DNA from: Acidobacteriota bacterium
GTDB taxonomy: Bacteria > Acidobacteriota > UBA890 > WLXD01
Direction of reading: 5' to 3'
Assembly: GCA_963666055.2 (NCBI GenBank)
Contig: CAXWPH010000005.1
Location: forward strand, 32,001 to 96,000
Length of the DNA: 64,000 nucleotides
Under the pieces are notes generated by a model that saw only the letters and a list, made by a program, of their open reading frames with translations, was not told where the DNA came from and did not search any database. The translations under genes were made by a program, and so were the position numbers. Positions 58,838 to 64,000 of the stretch are shown piece by piece. The first letter of the stretch is position 1; each line of letters begins with the position of its first letter.

Positions 58838-59037
58838 ACTTTCTCCTCTACAGTGAAGGTGGCCGAACTCTGCCACAGGCACTGGCTGGTTTCCCGCAAA
58901 GCGCCGGCGAGATCCAGACATTCCACGAGCCACCGCTATCGCCGTTCGAGAGCGCAGGACTACCCACGCGCCGCGCGCGGTTCTGAACCACCGGTCAAGA
59001 TCAGACGCGTATCTCGATAATCTCCAGAGGGACCGAC

Positions 59038-59796
59038 ATGGACTTCACCGACAAGCGAGTTCTGGTAACGGGGAGCAGTCGGGGTATCGGCTTTGCGATT
59101 GCCAAAGCCTTTGTCGAGGCTGGCGCCCGCGTCGCCATCAACGGCAGAACAACGCACTCCGTGAGCGCCGCCATCGAGAGACTGGGCGATGGTGCGCGCC
59201 TGGTCGCAGCGCCCGGCGATATCGGCACCGTTCCTGGCTGCGAGTCGGCAGTGAGCACTGCGAACGAGGCTTTTGGCGGCCTCGATATTCTGGTGAACAG
59301 CGCCGGTATCGTGTCGGCCAAGCCCATCGAGGACAGCGACGAGGCGATGTGGGACGCTCAACTCGACATCAACCTGAAGGGCACTTTCTTCTGCTGCCGC
59401 GCGGCAATGTCCGAGTTGCGCAAGTCGAACGGCAATATCGTCAACATCGCCTCGGATGCCGGGCTGATGGGGTATTCAGGGGTCGCCGTCTACTGCGCGT
59501 CGAAGGCAGGGGTCGTCAACATGACCCGTGCCATGGCGTTGGAGGTCGCGCCAGACGTACGGGTCAATTCCGTATGCCCGGGCTATGTCGATACCGACAT
59601 GATCCGCCGCGACAATATCGACAAGAAAGAAGACCCGGCCGCGGCCGAGCAGAGGATGATCGACTACGCGCCGATGAAGCGCATCGCAACGCCAGCCGAG
59701 ATCAGCCACGCGGTGCTCTATCTGGCTTCATCCGAAGCGCGTTTCGTCACTGGTGCGGCGCTGGCGATTGATGGTGGCGTGACCGCTGGCCGTTGA
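59038..59796 (+). CDS. SDR family oxidoreductase
   Basis: TGSSRGIG, NSAG and YCASK. Confidence 0.95.
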   Translation: MDFTDKRVLVTGSSRGIGFAIAKAFVEAGARVAINGRTTHSVSAAIERLGDGARLVAAPGDIGTVPGCESAVSTANEAFGGLDILVNSAGIVSAKPIEDSDEAMWDAQLDINLKGTFFCCRAAMSELRKSNGNIVNIASDAGLMGYSGVAVYCASKAGVVNMTRAMALEVAPDVRVNSVCPGYVDTDMIRRDNIDKKEDPAAAEQRMIDYAPMKRIATPAEISHAVLYLASSEARFVTGAALAIDGGVTAGR

Positions 59797-59871
59797 GCTC
59801 TCGTCTGGCCCACCGGCAAGATCGAGCACCATCGTTGCCCTCGAGGTGGCCCCGTCTCGAGGGGGGATTTC

Positions 59872-61302
59872 TCAGGCGTATCCGATCCATACAGCCACGG
59901 CCAATGCGATCGAGCCCACGATCCAGATCTTCACCATGAAGGGCAGGATAAAGCGCAGCCAACGGTCGTACGGGATTGCCGCCATGGCCAGGGCCCCGAC
60001 GAGCACGGCCTGGGTGGGAACCAGGACATTGCTGAACCCGTCGCCGAACTGGAAGGCCAGTACCGCCACCTGCCGGCTGACGCCCGCGAGGTCAGCGAGG
60101 GGCGCCATGATCGGCATGGTGACATAGGCCTGACCGGTTCCCGAGGGGATGAAGAAGTTGGCGAGGCTCTGAACGAAGAACATCCCGACGGCGGAGAGCG
60201 CCCCTGGAAGCTCCTGAATCGGAAGGCTGATTCCGTAGACCAGCGTGTCCACGATGCCGCCCTCGTTCAGCACCACCGAGATGCCCCGGGCCACGCCGAT
60301 CAGCAGGGCAACGCTTGTGAAGCTCGCTGCGCCGGCGCCGAACTCCACCGCTGTGCGGTCGGGCCTCATGCGGGCGATGATCGCAATGATCAATGTGAGA
60401 GCGACGAAGAGTGCTTGCATCTCGACCAGAAACCAGCTCCATTGGCTCAGCCCGTAGACAAGCACGATCTGCGAGATGGCAACGGCGGCCAGGACCTGCT
60501 TGTGCGTAGTGGTCATCGGGGGATGGTCGGCGCCGGCCTCTCCATCTCCGCCACTGGAGATCGACGCCCCTTCGGGGGCGCTCACGTCGGCCACCAGGCT
60601 CGCCGCCGGATCCCGCCCCACCTTCTTGGCATAGGACCAGACGTGGTGAATGCCGATCGGCAGGAAGACGACCATGAGCACCATGCGGTACCAGAGCCCC
60701 GATGCGGGTTGGAGTCCCGCGATGTCCTGGGCGAGAAGAACGGTGAAGGGGTTGATGAGGGCAGCGCCGAAACCGACGCCATACCCGATCATGATGATCC
60801 CCACAGCCGTGATCCTGTCGTATCCGAGGGCGAGAGCCAGGGTGATGAGGACGGGTACGAAGGGAAAATACTCTTCGCCGAATCCGATGGTGCTCGAACC
60901 GACAGCGAACAAGGTAGTTCCGCCGGCCACCAACCAGAAAGGCCGATCCCCCCATCGCCTGAGGAGGGCCCCTATGACGGCATCCACCGCCCCCGTGGCG
61001 CGTAGAACGGCGAACGCACCCCCGATGATGAGGAGTAGGAAGATGATCTGGTGCGCTCCGCTGAGCCCCTTGGGAACGGCGGTCAGGCTGGCCAGGGGCG
61101 ACAACGCCGGAGCGTCGACGGTGAACTCGAAGCTACCGGGAACGACCTGGAGTCGCCCAGCGGCATTCTCCACTCGTTCGAACGACCCGGCGGGAAGCAG
61201 GTAGGAGAGGACCTGGCCCAGGATCACCATCGCGAACAGGATGACCAGCGTGTGTGGGACCTTCAGCCTACTTTCCGTCACCACCGGATCCTTTCTGCTC
61301 AC
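59872..61302 (-). CDS. YfcC family (DcuC-like) transporter
   Basis: VPHTLV, INPFT, FFIPSGTGQA and FQFGDG; multiple TM segments. Confidence 0.9.
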   Translation of the reverse strand: MSRKDPVVTESRLKVPHTLVILFAMVILGQVLSYLLPAGSFERVENAAGRLQVVPGSFEFTVDAPALSPLASLTAVPKGLSGAHQIIFLLLIIGGAFAVLRATGAVDAVIGALLRRWGDRPFWLVAGGTTLFAVGSSTIGFGEEYFPFVPVLITLALALGYDRITAVGIIMIGYGVGFGAALINPFTVLLAQDIAGLQPASGLWYRMVLMVVFLPIGIHHVWSYAKKVGRDPAASLVADVSAPEGASISSGGDGEAGADHPPMTTTHKQVLAAVAISQIVLVYGLSQWSWFLVEMQALFVALTLIIAIIARMRPDRTAVEFGAGAASFTSVALLIGVARGISVVLNEGGIVDTLVYGISLPIQELPGALSAVGMFFVQSLANFFIPSGTGQAYVTMPIMAPLADLAGVSRQVAVLAFQFGDGFSNVLVPTQAVLVGALAMAAIPYDRWLRFILPFMVKIWIVGSIALAVAVWIGYA

Positions 61303-61554
61303 GAGCTTCGTTCGTACGCGGGGCGCCCAAGCGATGGTCGCTGGGGCGAGGGTGCGGGTGAACGCGATCTCGCCCCGGCTACGTACTCACCCCGATGTAG
61401 CGGGCAGAGTACACTGCCGCCACGCTCGATTCGGTGAAGCGGAAGACCGTTCGGTCGACACGCGAAGCCGGAGGAGATCGCGGCACCGTTCGCCTCCGGC
61501 CGCCCCCGGGCGGGACGCCGGAGCAGCCGCTAATCAAGAAAGGGAATCGCTCGC

Positions 61555-62316
61555 ATGAGATTGGAAGGCAAGGTGGGCCTGATCACCGGGGGCACCGCCG
61601 GAATCGGCACTGCCACCGCGGTGCGCTTCGCGCGCGAAGGGGCATCCGTGGCACTGACGGGACGCAACTCGGAGCGCGGCGAGGCGGTGGCGCAGTCGAT
61701 CGCCGACGCCGGCGGCGAGGCGATGTTCATCCGCTCCGACGTGCGCCTCGCCGAGGATTGCCGGCAGGCCGTAGAGCAGACGCTGGAGCGCTTCGGCCGC
61801 ATCGACATCCTGTTCAACAACGCCGGGGTGTTTCATCCGAAGACCGTTCCGGACTGTACCGAGGAGGAGTGGGACGAGACGATCGACTCCAGCCTGAAAG
61901 GGGCCTTTCTCATGTCGAAGTACGTCATCCCGTCGATGATCGAGAGCGGTGGCGGCTCGATCATCCACACCAGCTCCGGCTGGGGCATCCTCGGCGGCGA
62001 CAAGGCGGCGGCGTACTGCGCGGCGAAGGGAGGCCTGATTGTCATGGCCAAGGCGATGGCGATCGACCACGGCCCCGACGGCATTCGCGTCAACTGCGTG
62101 TGCCCTGGCGACGTCGATACCCCGATGCTCCCCGACGACGCCGCCAAGCGTGGCCAGTCGTGGGAGGAGTATCTCGCCGGCTGCTCGGCACGGCCGCTGG
62201 GGCGCATCGGCACCGCAGACGAGATCGCGGACGCGGTGGTCTTCCTCGCCTCCGACCAATCTTCGTTCGTCACCGGCGAGTTTCTGGTCGTGGACGGTGG
62301 TGGCATCGCCGGCTGA
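61555..62316 (+). CDS. SDR family oxidoreductase
   Basis: TGGTAGIG, NNAG and YCAAK. Confidence 0.95.
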   Translation: MRLEGKVGLITGGTAGIGTATAVRFAREGASVALTGRNSERGEAVAQSIADAGGEAMFIRSDVRLAEDCRQAVEQTLERFGRIDILFNNAGVFHPKTVPDCTEEEWDETIDSSLKGAFLMSKYVIPSMIESGGGSIIHTSSGWGILGGDKAAAYCAAKGGLIVMAKAMAIDHGPDGIRVNCVCPGDVDTPMLPDDAAKRGQSWEEYLAGCSARPLGRIGTADEIADAVVFLASDQSSFVTGEFLVVDGGGIAG

Positions 62317-62367
62317 GCGCCCCAAGGGCAGAATCGCGCTCCGCCTTTGACAGCGCACGTGGTCGAT

Positions 62368-62811
62368 TTATCGCACCGTCGTGGCACCACCGATTCGGTC
62401 TTCAATCGCGGCCCTCTCTTCCGGCGTAATCGGTCGATCCGGTTCCGATGTAACGCGCTCGTGAAGCGCACGAAATTGCTCGACTAACTCCGGACTGTCC
62501 ATGAAATAGACGACCTTTAGGGGCTCGTCATTGTCCAGGTTCTCGATGCGGTGAACCGCGCTCTGTGGCACAAGAATCACGTCACCAGGTTCAATTGCTT
62601 CGGTTTTGTCACCCAACGTCGCGGCGCCCCGACCTGACACGACATAGAAAAGCTCATCGCCCTGGTCGTGAGTGTGAAGATTCGTTGTGTAGCCCCGCTG
62701 GAATGTTTGTTCAACCAGAATAGAGCCCAACGTTCCGGTCGTCGGCGATGCCTTGACGACAATGCCGTTCAGCAGCGGTTGACCCTCTCCCGTCTTGAGA
62801 ACGAATCCCAC
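62368..62811 (-). CDS. Cupin domain protein (possibly with a disrupted lipoprotein leader)
   Basis: HTHDQGDELFYVVSG and PQSAVH; an out-of-frame TVLCAIILIGVGAC leader lies upstream. Confidence 0.8.
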   Translation of the reverse strand: MGFVLKTGEGQPLLNGIVVKASPTTGTLGSILVEQTFQRGYTTNLHTHDQGDELFYVVSGRGAATLGDKTEAIEPGDVILVPQSAVHRIENLDNDEPLKVVYFMDSPELVEQFRALHERVTSEPDRPITPEERAAIEDRIGGATTVR

Positions 62812-62928
62812 CTGCTCCCTCAGTCCGCGTCGCTGTCATCGGCTCCATCTCGCGCAGAGCCTGGGCGGAGTCTCTTCGGTGCACGCTCCAACTCCGATCA
62901 AAATGATCGCACAGAGAACCGTCGCATC

Positions 62929-62991
62929 ATCGTTAGGACCAAACTGGCTCCTGAACGCCGCACGCTCCTCGACCCGCCGGTGTCCCTCCAG
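62929..62991. repeat. 63-bp direct copy of 56803-56865
   Basis: 61 of 63 bases identical; flanks unrelated. Confidence 0.85.
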
Positions 62992-63111
62992 TTGGGGAGC
63001 AGGTCACTGCTTGTCTTCAAAGACGGTGGCGGTGGCCCAAACACTTGGGGCAGGTCAGTACCGCCTGGACCACGAACCGCTATGTAACGCAGTGTCTCCT
63101 GTGCGCGGATC

Positions 63112-64000
63112 TCAGTAGGGCAGAAAGTAGAGCACGATCGCCAGAAATGGGACGAGCAAGATCATCATGGTGATCGCGTAGCCGAACATGTCCCGAGCAC
63201 GGAGGCCGGTGATGGCTAGCAACGGGATGGCCCAGAACGGGTTGAGGAGGTTCGTGTGTGCGTCCCCGACCGCGTAGGCGGCGATCGTTTGGCCGTGAGG
63301 GATACCCAACTCGGCACCGGCCACCATCATGGGGCCACCGATGATCGCCCACTCGCCTCCGGCTGACGGCACGAAGATGTTGAGGACCCCTCCGGTGATC
63401 CAGGCGGTTACCGCGAAGTTCTCCGGTGTGGCGATCGAGAGCAGCGAGGCGGTCATGGTATCGACCAGCCCCGTTCCGGTCATGATTCCGATGATGCCGG
63501 CGTAGAACGGGAAGAGCAGGACGACTCCCGCGCTCCCCTGAACGGCGTCGTAGAACTCGCGCAGGTATTTGGTGGGACTGACGTAGAGCAAGAGTCCGAT
63601 CATCAGGAACCCGAAGTTGAAGTTATTCAGGTCCAGCGCCCCGAGGCCTTGCGTGAAGAACTGCCTCAGAAACAGCACGACACCGGTCAACGCGAGGACG
63701 CCACCGAGGATCCTGCTGTTGTCGATTCTGTCGGCTATCGCAGGCTTGGCGGCGCCGGCGCGATCCTCGGCCGGGGTCGGCTCCGGTGGCGCATCCCCAC
63801 CGTCGTCGTCCACGTAATACCCGATCGGCCTGCAGTTCTCATCGGGCGGGCTCAGCAGATACAGCATGATCGAGCAGAAGATGATCGACAGGACTGTGAG
63901 AATCAGCGGATAGGGATGGAACACCCACTCCGTCGAGGGGATCACGCGATCGACGAAGCCCATCTGCATCAGCGCATTTCCCTCGGTCGCTTGAAGGAGA
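63112..64000 (-). CDS. Short-chain fatty acid transporter (AtoE/TIGR00366 family), partial
   Basis: FPFYAGI, NIFVPSAGGEW and NLLNPFWAIPLL; frame open to the window end. Confidence 0.9.
   Translation of the reverse strand, partial: LLQATEGNALMQMGFVDRVIPSTEWVFHPYPLILTVLSIIFCSIMLYLLSPPDENCRPIGYYVDDDGGDAPPEPTPAEDRAGAAKPAIADRIDNSRILGGVLALTGVVLFLRQFFTQGLGALDLNNFNFGFLMIGLLLYVSPTKYLREFYDAVQGSAGVVLLFPFYAGIIGIMTGTGLVDTMTASLLSIATPENFAVTAWITGGVLNIFVPSAGGEWAIIGGPMMVAGAELGIPHGQTIAAYAVGDAHTNLLNPFWAIPLLAITGLRARDMFGYAITMMILLVPFLAIVLYFLPY

Overview
GC-rich bacterial accessory region. The gene content (Ser/Thr kinase-PD40 propeller proteins, DUF5916, PSD1/DUF1501, DUF1800, CehA/McbA-like) suggests Acidobacteriota or a similar environmental lineage; this is inference. 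The window holds about 45 intact metabolic, transport and secreted-protein genes interleaved with many gene stumps and mobile-element debris. Main signals not shown by the ORF track: (1) a decayed integron in reverse layout, with a frameshifted IntI C-terminus, a complete VOC gene cassette and a well-formed attC, enclosed by two identical 69-bp tRNA-Leu 3' repeats; (2) a peroxiredoxin-like gene with an in-frame TGA in a UxxC motif plus a SECIS-like hairpin, a probable selenoprotein; (3) a ~280-bp CTAG-flanked MITE family whose ends coincide with stop codons, with one half-copy appearing to supply an RBS and start codon; (4) four kinase-beta-propeller genes with near-identical kinase DNA and mosaic propellers, plus two kinase stubs; (5) a ~175-bp structured repeat at two gene truncations; (6) short, almost exact copies of internal gene fragments in intergenic DNA; (7) tRNA-Arg/tRNA-Met att remnants and a terminase-like pseudogene. 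No CRISPR array, rRNA or intact tRNA, integrase or transposase was seen. All family assignments come from motif recognition by eye, not database searches.
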